Origin: Rhizobacter sp.
Lineage (GTDB): Bacteria; Pseudomonadota; Gammaproteobacteria; Burkholderiales; Burkholderiaceae_C
Reading direction: 5' to 3'
DNA: 43,524 nucleotides
NCBI GenBank assembly: GCA_031360005.1
Contig: JANMAW010000198.1
Location: forward strand, 1 to 43,524
Part shown: positions 9,707 through 18,834 of the stretch, piece after piece
How positions within the stretch are numbered: the first letter of the stretch is position 1
How the letters are laid out: the number at the start of each line of letters is the position of its first letter
Program-made: the position numbers and the translations under genes
The notes under the pieces: model-generated
Database searches by the model: none
What the model was told of the DNA's origin: nothing
What the model saw: the letters and a program-made list of their open reading frames with translations, nothing else

Positions 9707-10412
9707 GAGGGGGCAGGAAGCGCTGCGGATTCGCTTCGAACTGCCGCTGCGCCTCTTCGTAGTCGTCGACGCGACCGATGTCGAGCCAGTAGCAAGGCTC
9801 TCGCGCGCAGTACACGCGGCCGCCGTGGCTCAGAATGCGCAACAGCAGGTCGGGCATGCCCAGCGATTCGCCGTCGCCGATCAAGGCCTGGCATCCTCGC
9901 GACAGCACGTAGACGCCCATGCTGACCGTGTAGTCGAGCACCGGCTTCTCGCGATAGCCCGACAGGAAGCCGTCGGCGTCGAACTCGATGACGCCGAAGT
10001 CGACCTTGTGCTCGCGCCGGATCGTGGCCACCGTCGCCTCGGCAGCCATTTCGATGTGACGCTCGTAGAGCGCGCGGTAGTCCATCGTCGTCAGGATGTC
10101 GCCGTTCATCACCAGCGCATGCTCGGCCATGTTCATCACGAGCTTCAACGCGCCGGCGGTGTTCAGTGCCTTGTCCTCGCGCACATATTCGATCTCGATG
10201 CCCCAGCGCTCGCCGCGGCCGAAATAGGCCTGGATCAGCTCGGCCAGATGGCCCGTGAGCACAGTCACTTTGTCGAAACCGCAGCCACGCAACTGACGGA
10301 TGATGACTTCGAGAATCGGGTAGTCGCCGATCGGGACCAGCGGCTTCGGGAAACTCATCGTGTAGGGCCGCAGCCGTGTGCCGCGCCCGCCCGCCAGAAT
10401 CACCGCCTGCAT
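9699..10412 (-). CDS. Sugar-1-phosphate nucleotidyltransferase
   Basis: MQAVILAGGRGTRLRPYT…PKPLVPIG, MNGDILT, YWLDIGR. Start set at ATG 10412 behind RBS GGAGGAGG. Confidence 0.9.
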   Translation of the reverse strand: MQAVILAGGRGTRLRPYTMSFPKPLVPIGDYPILEVIIRQLRGCGFDKVTVLTGHLAELIQAYFGRGERWGIEIEYVREDKALNTAGALKLVMNMAEHALVMNGDILTTMDYRALYERHIEMAAEATVATIRREHKVDFGVIEFDADGFLSGYREKPVLDYTVSMGVYVLSRGCQALIGDGESLGMPDLLLRILSHGGRVYCAREPCYWLDIGRVDDYEEAQRQFEANPQRFLPPHG

Positions 10413-10439
10413 GCGCTCACCTCCTCCGCCCAAGCGGGT

Positions 10440-11459
10440 TCAGACGTTGTACACATCGGTCTTGTACTGATCGAGGTGGGCCTGGATGTAGGCGATCGTC
10501 TGCTTCAGCCCGTCGCGCAGGGTGGTGCGCGGCTGCCAGCCGGTGAGGCGGAGCGCCTTGTCGTTGCCGCACACCAGTTGCATCACCTCGCTGGCCGGGG
10601 GCCGCAGCCGCGATTCGTCGCCGACGATCTCCGCCGAACTGACCATCAATTCCTGGATCAGCGCCGCCGTGTGGCCAATGCTGATGCCCACGCCGGAGCC
10701 GAGGTTGATGACTTCACCCGGCGCGGCCGGCGCGTCGGCCACCGCCAGGAAACCCGCCACCGTGTCGCGTACGAAGTTGAAGTCGCGCACCGGCGCGAGC
10801 GACCCGAGGCGGATCGAGCGCTTGCCGCTCAGGATCTGGCTGATGATCGTCGGGATGACCGCGCGTGCCGACTGCCGCGGCCCGTACGTGTTGAACGGCC
10901 GGATCGTGGCCACCGGCAGGCCGAACGACAGGAAGTAGCTCTCGGCCAGCTTGTCGGCGCCGATCTTCGAGGCCGAATACGGCGACTGGCCCTGCAGTGG
11001 ATGCGCTTCGTCGATCGGAACGTAGCGCGCGGTGCCGTAGGTCTCGGAAGTCGAGGTGTGGACGACGCGGCGCACGCCGAGCTGGCGCGCCGCTTCCAGC
11101 ACGTTCAACGTACCGACGATGTTCGCCTGCACATAGGCCGTCGGCGCGACATACGAGTACGGGATCGCAATCAGCGCGGCGAGGTGAAACACAGTGTCGC
11201 AGCCGTCGACGCCTTGGCGAACGCGACTGGGATCGCAAATGTCACCCGGAAAGATCTCCAGTCGCGGCGATGCACCGACAGCCTCGAGATGACCCCAGTG
11301 ACTGCGTGCGTTGTAGTGCACGAAGGCCCGCACGTGTGCGCCGCAAGCCAGCAGGCGCTCGACCAGATGGCTGCCGATGAAGCCGCCGGCTCCGGTGACC
11401 AACATGCGCCGGCCGGCAAGGGTCTTGCTCTCCTCCGGCGCTGACGCAGCGGTTGTCAT
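10440..11459 (-). CDS. NAD-dependent NDP-sugar 4,6-dehydratase, LegB-like
   Basis: VTGAGGFIGSH, HLAALIAIPYSY, TSTSETYG, QSPYSASK, RPFNTYGPRQSARAVIPTII. Start set at ATG 11459 (RBS GAGGAG). Confidence 0.85.
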   Translation of the reverse strand: MTTAASAPEESKTLAGRRMLVTGAGGFIGSHLVERLLACGAHVRAFVHYNARSHWGHLEAVGASPRLEIFPGDICDPSRVRQGVDGCDTVFHLAALIAIPYSYVAPTAYVQANIVGTLNVLEAARQLGVRRVVHTSTSETYGTARYVPIDEAHPLQGQSPYSASKIGADKLAESYFLSFGLPVATIRPFNTYGPRQSARAVIPTIISQILSGKRSIRLGSLAPVRDFNFVRDTVAGFLAVADAPAAPGEVINLGSGVGISIGHTAALIQELMVSSAEIVGDESRLRPPASEVMQLVCGNDKALRLTGWQPRTTLRDGLKQTIAYIQAHLDQYKTDVYNV

Positions 11460-11552
11460 CGGAACACGTCCCTCCTCGTTGCGGTCAGCCTCGGCGGCCC
11501 CGCGCTTTGGCGTCCGATTATGCTCAGCCCCCATCGCGCGGCCACCCTCGGG

Positions 11553-13439
11553 TTAGGGGTGCGAAGCCGGTGCAGCGCACTCGCGCTGCCAGATCTCCAG
11601 GTTCAGCAGGCACCACAGCAGCTTCTCGTGGTTGCGCAGGCCACGATCATGCTCGTCGAGCACCTGTTGCAGAGCCTGCGCCCGGTAGTAGCCGCGGGTC
11701 TGCGACGACGCACCGGTCAGGCTCTCTCGAAGGTAGTCGCGCAGGTGTCCGCGCAGCCACAGGTTGACCGGCAAGCGGAAACCCACCTTGGGCCGTTCGA
11801 GTATCGACTTCGGCAGCACGCGCCGCATTGCTTGGCGGAGGATCCATTTCGAGGTCATGCCGCGCAGCCGGTAGCGGTCGGGCAGCGATGACACATAAGC
11901 GGCGAGTTCGTGATCCATGAATGGCATGCGACCTTCGATCGATGCCGCCATCGTCATGCGATCGCCACGTTCGAGCAGGTTGTCGGGCAGCCAGCTCGTC
12001 TGGTCGAAATGCAGGATGCGACGCAGCGCACTGGCCTTCGGGTCAGCCGCGAACGGCGTGGCGTCCGCCACGGCCCGCGTTGGCGGCAGCTGCAGCAGCG
12101 CGGCGCATTCTTCGCGCGTCAACGCGCCAAACCAGCGCGTCATGCGCGACTCGAAGCGTTCGATGCCGAGCGTGGCGGCGACCGTCTGAACGCGCCAGAA
12201 GCGATACGGCAAGGCCTGCACCAGCGGCTCGACAAGTGAGCGGCGCAGGGCCCGCGGCACCCTTTGCCAAGTGCGCGCGAAGCGCTCGAACCGGTGCTTG
12301 GGGTAACCCGCCAGCAACTCGTCGGAGCCTTCGCCGGTCAGCACCATCTTGACCGACTTGCCCGCCTCGACGGACAGCAGGTAGATCGGCACGTCGGCCG
12401 TCTCCGCGACCGGCGCGTCGCGAAAGCGCGCCATCGCCGGCAGGTGGTCGACGAGGTGGGCGGCCGAGACTTCGAGCTCGTGGTGCTCGGTCGCGAAACG
12501 GTCGGCGATCTGTTTTGCGTACCCGAGTTCGCTGTAGTCGCTCTCGGCAAAACCGACCGAGAAGGTCTTGACCGGCAGGCCGCTGTGACGCGACATCAGC
12601 GCCACCACCGCCGACGAATCGATGCCGCCGGAGAGGAAGGCGCCGAACGGCACGTCGGACACCATGCGCATGCGCACCGCACGGTCGAGCTCGTCGAGGA
12701 AGCGCCCGACCGGATCGGCAGGCAATGGTGACGCGGCATATGGCAGAGCGTCGGGCGGCGACCAGTAGCGCATCTCGCGCACCGCGCCGCGTTGCCAGCA
12801 CAGCCAGTGGCCCGGCATCAACTTGCGCACACCGCGCCACAGTGTCCTGGGTGCCGGCACATAGCGGTACTCGAAGTAGTCCCAGAGGGCATCCTGGTCG
12901 AGTTCGCTCGGCAGGCCGGGCCAGGCAAGGAGCGCCTTGATCTCGGAAGCGAACAGCAAGCTGCCGGCGTGCTCGGCGACGAACAGAGGCTTCTTGCCGA
13001 AACGATCGCGGGCGAGGAACAGCGTGTCCTGGTTCGCGTCCCAGATCGCCAGCGCGAACATGCCGGCGAAACGCCGCACGCAGTCGGGGCCCCACTGCTC
13101 CCAGGCGTGGATCGCCGTCTCGGTGTCCGACACGGTCGAGAAGCGATGGCCGAGCGCGATCAGCTCGTCGCGCAAGGCCGCAAAGTTGTAGATCTCACCG
13201 TTGAAGACGATCTGCACCCGGCCGTCTTCGTTGCCCATCGGCTGGTGACCGGTCGCCAGGTCGATGATTGCCAGGCGTCGGTGCGCGAGGCCCACCCAGT
13301 GCCGGCCGTCGGACGTTGTCGTCTCGAGAAAGCCTTCGTCATCCGGCCCGCGGTGCGCGATGCGCGCCGCCATCATTCGCAGCACCTGCGGCGCTTGCAG
13401 CGCCGGTGCGGGCGTGATGACTCCGGCGATGCCGCACAT
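11553..13439 (-). CDS. asnB: Asparagine synthase (glutamine-hydrolysing)-family amidotransferase, copy 2
   Basis: MCGIAG, HRRLAIIDL, FNGEIYN, ARDRFGKKPL, FLSGGIDSS, TGEGSDE. Confidence 0.95.
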   Translation of the reverse strand: MCGIAGVITPAPALQAPQVLRMMAARIAHRGPDDEGFLETTTSDGRHWVGLAHRRLAIIDLATGHQPMGNEDGRVQIVFNGEIYNFAALRDELIALGHRFSTVSDTETAIHAWEQWGPDCVRRFAGMFALAIWDANQDTLFLARDRFGKKPLFVAEHAGSLLFASEIKALLAWPGLPSELDQDALWDYFEYRYVPAPRTLWRGVRKLMPGHWLCWQRGAVREMRYWSPPDALPYAASPLPADPVGRFLDELDRAVRMRMVSDVPFGAFLSGGIDSSAVVALMSRHSGLPVKTFSVGFAESDYSELGYAKQIADRFATEHHELEVSAAHLVDHLPAMARFRDAPVAETADVPIYLLSVEAGKSVKMVLTGEGSDELLAGYPKHRFERFARTWQRVPRALRRSLVEPLVQALPYRFWRVQTVAATLGIERFESRMTRWFGALTREECAALLQLPPTRAVADATPFAADPKASALRRILHFDQTSWLPDNLLERGDRMTMAASIEGRMPFMDHELAAYVSSLPDRYRLRGMTSKWILRQAMRRVLPKSILERPKVGFRLPVNLWLRGHLRDYLRESLTGASSQTRGYYRAQALQQVLDEHDRGLRNHEKLLWCLLNLEIWQRECAAPASHP

Positions 13440-13454
13440 GCTGGGCGGCCCGTC

Positions 13455-14483
13455 TCAGGCGCAGGCCCGAATCGCAGCCTCGACGTTGTGCGCGCAGGCG
13501 AAACCGTGGGGCCAGTTCAGCGTGAGGCGCGGCAGTTCGGCCACGTCCTGCTGTCCGGTAATGACTCCGCGGACTGCCGTGAACGCGCCGCGGTAGCCGG
13601 CACGCCGAACCGCGTCCATCGTCTCGCGCGAGTAATTGGCGCGGCCGCCGTAGGGATAGGCGAAGGTCTCGACGGGCTTGGCGGTCTCGGCCTCGATGCG
13701 TGCCTTGGCCCCGGCCACTTGCCGTTCAAGCGTCTGCGCATCGAGCCGCGCGAGGTTCAGGTGATCGGCCGAATGGGCGCCGATCTCGAACCCCTGCGCG
13801 GCCAGCCATCGAACTTGATCCCAGTCCATCAAGCGATCGCCGGGCAGCGGCCGGTCGTCGATGTCGAGTGCCTCTTGAAGCCGGTCGACGGTTGGATCGA
13901 CCTGCGACGGCTCGAGCTGGCGCAGCGCGGCGCCCAATATGTCGGTGGCGGCGCGCCGCGCGGACGCATCGTTCAGTGGCAGTTCGGCAGGCAACGTCGA
14001 CGCTTGCGGAACCAGGTCGCGCAACGCCAGCGAACGACGAGGCGTGTCGCGCAACAAGGCGGCCAGCCGATCCCACCAGAAGCGGCGCGAGGTGCCGACG
14101 CAATCGCTGACCACATAGAACGCGGCCGGCACGCCGAGCCGCAGCAACACCGGGGCCGCCACATCGTGGTTGTCGGCATAGCCGTCGTCGAAGGTCACCG
14201 CGAAGCGCGGCCGCTGGGCGGGCGTCGACAGCACGGCCTGTGACGGAGTCACCGGTTCGAAATGACGCAGCATGAATCGCATTTGCGCCTCGAAGGTTGC
14301 GACGGTGACGCCTTCGTCGACCGTCAGGCCGGCCTTGCGACGCTCCTGACTCGAAACGACGCGGTGATAACACAGCACCGCGGTCAGTCCGTGGGTTCGC
14401 GCGAGCGCGCGCCAGCGCCGCGAATAGGCTGCGCTGTGGTAGCCGATCGGGCTCAGAAGTTTGTGCAGGCGCTCAGGCAGCAT
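13455..14483 (-). CDS. Polysaccharide deacetylase (CE4/NodB family)
   Basis: VLCYHRV, VTFDDGY, HSADH, FAYPYG. Start likely ATG 14483, overlapping the PPTase stop. Confidence 0.9.
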   Translation of the reverse strand: MLPERLHKLLSPIGYHSAAYSRRWRALARTHGLTAVLCYHRVVSSQERRKAGLTVDEGVTVATFEAQMRFMLRHFEPVTPSQAVLSTPAQRPRFAVTFDDGYADNHDVAAPVLLRLGVPAAFYVVSDCVGTSRRFWWDRLAALLRDTPRRSLALRDLVPQASTLPAELPLNDASARRAATDILGAALRQLEPSQVDPTVDRLQEALDIDDRPLPGDRLMDWDQVRWLAAQGFEIGAHSADHLNLARLDAQTLERQVAGAKARIEAETAKPVETFAYPYGGRANYSRETMDAVRRAGYRGAFTAVRGVITGQQDVAELPRLTLNWPHGFACAHNVEAAIRACA

Positions 14484-15210
14484 CTTCGGATTCGTTCGCC
14501 AGTACGGCCGCGCTCGACGCGACACCGTGCAGGTGAAGCTCGGTAGCGGACCCTCCGGCACTCGCTACCGCGGCGGTCATGCCCGGCTCGGGCTGCCAGC
14601 AATGCAGCCGCCAGCTCCGGATCCGGCCTTCGTCGTCGGGAAGCTCGACGCCGTCGAGCCAGTTCGTGCGGGCGCGCACCACTGGCTCGACGGCAATGCC
14701 CGTCCCGCGCGCCTTGGCCATCGCTTCGACGATGGTCCACCAGCGGAAAAACGGCGCCAGGTCGTCGCCACGCAGCGCCGCGTCGACGCTCGCCGCGAGG
14801 CCAGGGTCGACGTGCCGCGCGAGCATGCCGGGCTCGGCGTGCGCTTGGTCGACCCGCTCGATGTCGACCCCGACCCGGGCGACGTTGCCGATCGCGACCA
14901 GCGCCCGTTCGCCGCGATGGGAGAGGCTGAATTCCGGCCCGGCATCCGCCAGGCGCGGCCGGCCAAACGGGCCCGTGACATACCGGATCGCGCCTGCTGC
15001 GCATCCGGTGCCACGCGCGAGCAGGCGGCGCAGCGCGGCGCGGCGCGCCACGAAACGCCGCCGGTCGCGGGGGAAGGCGAAGCGTTCGGCACGGTCGCGT
15101 TCATCATCGCCGAGCAGTGCCCAGTCGCGCGGTCCGCCGCAGCCGGGTGTGTCGAGCGCGACCATCCACACGTCGACGGCGCCCGGCGCGTGCTTCGGGC
15201 TGCGGTTCAT
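14473..15210 (-). CDS. Sfp-type 4'-phosphopantetheinyl transferase
   Basis: C-terminal part of ORF 14473..15990; start ATG 15210 overlaps the thioesterase stop (ATGA). Motifs ERDRAERF, GRPRL, FSLSH, VGVDIE, WTIVEAMAKARGTG. Confidence 0.9.
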   Translation of the reverse strand: MNRSPKHAPGAVDVWMVALDTPGCGGPRDWALLGDDERDRAERFAFPRDRRRFVARRAALRRLLARGTGCAAGAIRYVTGPFGRPRLADAGPEFSLSHRGERALVAIGNVARVGVDIERVDQAHAEPGMLARHVDPGLAASVDAALRGDDLAPFFRWWTIVEAMAKARGTGIAVEPVVRARTNWLDGVELPDDEGRIRSWRLHCWQPEPGMTAAVASAGGSATELHLHGVASSAAVLANESEDAA

Positions 15211-15977
15211 GCGGCCGCCGCGCTGTACCGTGCGATGGCACGTGACAGACAGGCGAGCACCGCGTCGCGCTGCGTCATCGGGAAGAAGTGTCCGCCGGGA
15301 AACAGCTTGAACTCGAAGCCCTCGCTGGTGTGGCGTTCCCATTGGCGTGCGTCGACGATCGGAACGCTCGCATCCGAAGCGCCGGCAACAACGAGCAACG
15401 GCACCGGCAGCGGCATCGCCCCGCGGTGCGCCTGCGTCTCGACGACGCGCAGATCGGCACGCAGCGTCGGCATCGTGAGCCGCACGAGTTCGCGCATCTC
15501 GGGCTCGAATCGCGTGCCGTAGCGGCTCTCGATCGACGCCAGCAGAGCGTCGTCGTTCATCTCGAACAGGTAGGGTCGGATCGGCGGCAGGTGCGGCGCG
15601 CGCGCGCCGGAAACGATCAGGCAAACCGGCAGGGCCCGGCCGGCGTCCCGCAACCAGCGCACCAGTTCGAAGGCCACGTGCGATCCCATGCTGTGTCCGA
15701 ACACCGCATAGTGGCCGTGGCACAGCGGCGCGACCGCGGATGCGAGCGCCGCCACCAACGTGTCCATGTCGACGTACGGCGCTTCGCCCAACCGGTTCTC
15801 GCGGCCGGGCGGTTGCAGCGGCACGATCTCGACGCGGGGTCCCAGACTCGAGGCCCAGGCGCTGTACCACGCGGCGCCGCTGCCGGCATGCGGCAGACAC
15901 AAGAGCCGCACCGCCTGCGAGCGCGGTGTCGGCATGCGCAGTACCCACGGGTTGGTGTTGACACCGGGTGCGGTCAT
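15207..15977 (-). CDS. Type II thioesterase
   Basis: LLCLPHAGSGA, LQPPGRENR, FGHSMG nucleophile, LRADL, FPGGHFF. Confidence 0.93.
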   Translation of the reverse strand: MTAPGVNTNPWVLRMPTPRSQAVRLLCLPHAGSGAAWYSAWASSLGPRVEIVPLQPPGRENRLGEAPYVDMDTLVAALASAVAPLCHGHYAVFGHSMGSHVAFELVRWLRDAGRALPVCLIVSGARAPHLPPIRPYLFEMNDDALLASIESRYGTRFEPEMRELVRLTMPTLRADLRVVETQAHRGAMPLPVPLLVVAGASDASVPIVDARQWERHTSEGFEFKLFPGGHFFPMTQRDAVLACLSRAIARYSAAAA

Positions 15978-16303
15978 GAGCCGATGCCACAGCGGTCGTC
16001 GATAGCGGACATTCCCACGGCGATCTCCCGACAGTTCGACGGCTTCTTCGTGTTGGTGATGGCGTGTATCAGGCGCGTGGAATTCTACGAGACGGGTCCG
16101 CGTGTTGGGCCGCGTGCGGCATGTTGAAGCGGGTCAGCGCACCCCACAAACAGGGGGGTGTGAAGCGCCTCATCTGCGTCTCGAGCCCATGCTAAGCTAC
16201 TTCACAGGTCCCGCGACCGAGTGCCGGGCCGCAGGCACTGCCCGCCGTCGGGCCGACGTCGCGCTGCATGACCTGCTATTTGTTCCTGCACGGTGTCTGA
16301 CCG

Positions 16304-17779
16304 ATGAGCGAAACGCGATCGATTGTCCGGGACGGTCGCATTTACGCGATCTCGAATGTCGTCAACCGGGCTGCCGGCTTGGCGCTGCTGCCGGTGTTCA
16401 CCCATGTGCTGAGCCCCGCCGAATTCGGCCTTTACGCGATCGTTCAAGCGACGATCGACGTGCTCTCCGTGTTGTGTGGCCTCGGTCTCACCGGCGCGAT
16501 GAACCGCTTCTATCTCGAGTACCCCGACGACGCGGCAATGCGTGATCGCGTGATCTCGACGGTGCTGCTGATGGTGCTCGGCGTCGCTGTGATGGCCTTC
16601 GCGCTCTCCTGGCCCCTCGCGGCGCCGCTGGCGCGCTGGGTGCTCGGTGGCGAGGAGAACGCTTCCTTATGCGTGATCGCACTGACCACTCTCGGCTGCA
16701 TCGCGTTGTTCGAAGTGGAGTGCGCCTACGCCGTGGTGCGCAAGCAGGTCGGCCTGTACTTCGCACTGTCGTGCGCGAAAGCTCTCGGGCTGATCGGCTG
16801 CAACGTGGTGTTCGTCGTCGTGCTGCGGATGGGTGTGGCCGGCGTGCTTCTCGCGACTGCGGTGGCGATGGGCGCGGTCGCCGGCGTCACTCTGGTGGCA
16901 CTCCTGCGCCGCACGGGCATTCATTTCGTGCCGGCGCTGGCGCGACGACTGCTGCGATTTGGCGCGCCGCTGGTGCCGTCGGCACTGGGCAGTTCCGCGC
17001 TCGGCCTGGTGGAGCGTTACTACCTGAACAGCGCGGCGGGGGCGGTCGCGGTTGGGCTTTATTCGCTCGCCAGTCGGCTCGCGTCGCTGCTGCAGATGTT
17101 CATCGCCGCGCCGTTCTCGCAAACCTACTCGGTGCGGCGCGTTGAGACCCTGGTGAAGGGAGAGGACCAGGCGGTGTACGACCGTATATTGCTTCTCTTC
17201 GTGCTGACGATGTCGCTGGGTTCGTTTGCGCTCTCGATCTTCGGTTCGGACCTCATCGCCGCCGTCGCCCCGGGCTCCTATGCCCACGCCGTCCAACTCG
17301 TACCGGTGCTCGGACTGTGCACCATACTGGCGTCGATCAACTTCAATCTGGAACTGGGGATCCACTACTCCAAACGCACCTGGGCGCTGCCGGTCTGCAC
17401 GGCGGCGACGCTGGCGGCGAGTCTGCCGCTGAACTGGTGGCTGTCGCTGAACTATGGCGCGCTCGGCACGGCGCTGGCGCTGGTGGGCGTGAACGTGGTG
17501 CGCATCCTCACGACACTGGTGATGAATGCACGCGTCGGGTCGCGCGAGGTTCGGCTCGACTGGCCGCGCGCCGTCGCGATCATGAGCGCCACGCTGATTG
17601 CCGCGCTGGTGTGGCTGGAGCTTCAGCTGCCGGCCTTGCATCCGGCGTGGATGCTGGCGAAAGCCATGGTCGTGGCTGGCGTCGCCACCGCGATCGTCAT
17701 GTCGCCGCTGCTCGGCCGAGCCGCCCGTGCCGATTTGTTGGGCGTTTGGCGCCACAGTCCGCTCGGCGCGACCTCCTAG
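16304..17779 (+). CDS. wzx: Polysaccharide flippase (Wzx family)
   Basis: Many hydrophobic helices; LLPVFTHVLSPAEFGLY, LLRFGAPL, VGLYSLA. Confidence 0.88.
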   Translation: MSETRSIVRDGRIYAISNVVNRAAGLALLPVFTHVLSPAEFGLYAIVQATIDVLSVLCGLGLTGAMNRFYLEYPDDAAMRDRVISTVLLMVLGVAVMAFALSWPLAAPLARWVLGGEENASLCVIALTTLGCIALFEVECAYAVVRKQVGLYFALSCAKALGLIGCNVVFVVVLRMGVAGVLLATAVAMGAVAGVTLVALLRRTGIHFVPALARRLLRFGAPLVPSALGSSALGLVERYYLNSAAGAVAVGLYSLASRLASLLQMFIAAPFSQTYSVRRVETLVKGEDQAVYDRILLLFVLTMSLGSFALSIFGSDLIAAVAPGSYAHAVQLVPVLGLCTILASINFNLELGIHYSKRTWALPVCTAATLAASLPLNWWLSLNYGALGTALALVGVNVVRILTTLVMNARVGSREVRLDWPRAVAIMSATLIAALVWLELQLPALHPAWMLAKAMVVAGVATAIVMSPLLGRAARADLLGVWRHSPLGATS

Positions 17780-17804
17780 AGCCGGTTCACGCACGTCGAG
17801 CAAC

Positions 17805-18827
17805 ATGATGTCATCGCCCTCCTCTCCGCTCCGCGGCCCGACGCGCCAGTTCGCGCTTGCGGTTTCCTGCGCCGCCGCGCTGGCCGGCTGCGCAGCCACC
17901 ACGCCGAACTTCGTCTCGTCGCCGCTGCCCGGTCCGCAGGACGAGGCGCCGATGCCGTTGACGGCCGGCGACCTGATCGAGGTCGATTACTACCCGACCG
18001 CCAACGTCGTCGACCAGGCCTATCGGGTCGGCGTCGACGATCGGCTTCGCATCGACGTCTTCGAACATCCGATGCTGTCGCGCGAACAGTTGCTCGTGCT
18101 GCCCGACGGCACGGTCAGCGCACCCGAAGTCGGGCGACTGGCGGTCGCCGGGAAAACGCTCGAGCAGGTGACCAGCGAAGTCGCCGCAAGCCTGCGCCGC
18201 AACTACGTGCGCAATCCGCGTGTCGCTGTCAGCGTGCAGCAAGGCGATGCCCGTCTGCGCAGCCTGATCAACCGGCGCTCCGAAAACGGCGGCACCGAAC
18301 TCAACCTGTTCCAGGTTTCCACCAACGGCCAGCTGCTGCTGCCTTTCATCCCGCCGGTGTCGGCGCTGAAGCCGATCGAAGCGCTGCGCGCCGACATCGT
18401 GCAGGCCTACCAGCGCGTGTTCGGCGAGCGGCTCGAGGTGACGGTGAAACTGCGCCAGGCCCGCCCGCGCAGCGTCTACGTGATGGGCGAAGTGTTGAAG
18501 CCGGGCGCTGTCGAGTACCTGCCGACGCTCAGTTCGCTCGGCGCCGTGGCCGCCGCTGGCGGGCTGCTCGCCAGCGCAGAAAGCTCGACCGTCGTGCTGA
18601 TTCGCCGCTATCCGGACGGGCGACACAGCGCCTGGCTGCTCGACATGCGCACGCTGCTGACGCAATCGAATGGCGAATCGCAGCGTCTCGCCATTCACCC
18701 CGAAGACGTGCTCTACGTACCGAAGACCGGCATCGCGCTGGCCAACGACGCGATCGAGCAGTATGTGCGCCGCATGCTGCCGTTGCCCGCCAGCGTCGGC
18801 GTCGGCGTCGGCGTGAACATACGCTAG
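17805..18827 (+). CDS. wza: Polysaccharide export outer-membrane lipoprotein (Wza/OPX)
   Basis: Start ATG 17805; lipobox LAG-C; YRVGVDD, VLPDGTVS.P.VG, VYVMGEVLKPG, AAAGG, EDVLYVP. Confidence 0.88.
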   Translation: MMSSPSSPLRGPTRQFALAVSCAAALAGCAATTPNFVSSPLPGPQDEAPMPLTAGDLIEVDYYPTANVVDQAYRVGVDDRLRIDVFEHPMLSREQLLVLPDGTVSAPEVGRLAVAGKTLEQVTSEVAASLRRNYVRNPRVAVSVQQGDARLRSLINRRSENGGTELNLFQVSTNGQLLLPFIPPVSALKPIEALRADIVQAYQRVFGERLEVTVKLRQARPRSVYVMGEVLKPGAVEYLPTLSSLGAVAAAGGLLASAESSTVVLIRRYPDGRHSAWLLDMRTLLTQSNGESQRLAIHPEDVLYVPKTGIALANDAIEQYVRRMLPLPASVGVGVGVNIR

Positions 18828-18834
18828 GCCGCCC

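Noticed and set aside
9057-11444. Long antisense or alternate-frame ORFs (e.g. 9057..11444, 1360..3375, 22927..25029, 34736..36523)
   Set aside because: Shadow ORFs of well-supported genes in high-GC DNA; Arg/Ala-rich with no recognisable motifs.
14473-15210. Inactive PPTase because WxxKEA reads WTIVEA
   Set aside because: GVDIE, the motif Glu and the downstream Lys are retained; one substitution is not enough to call it dead.
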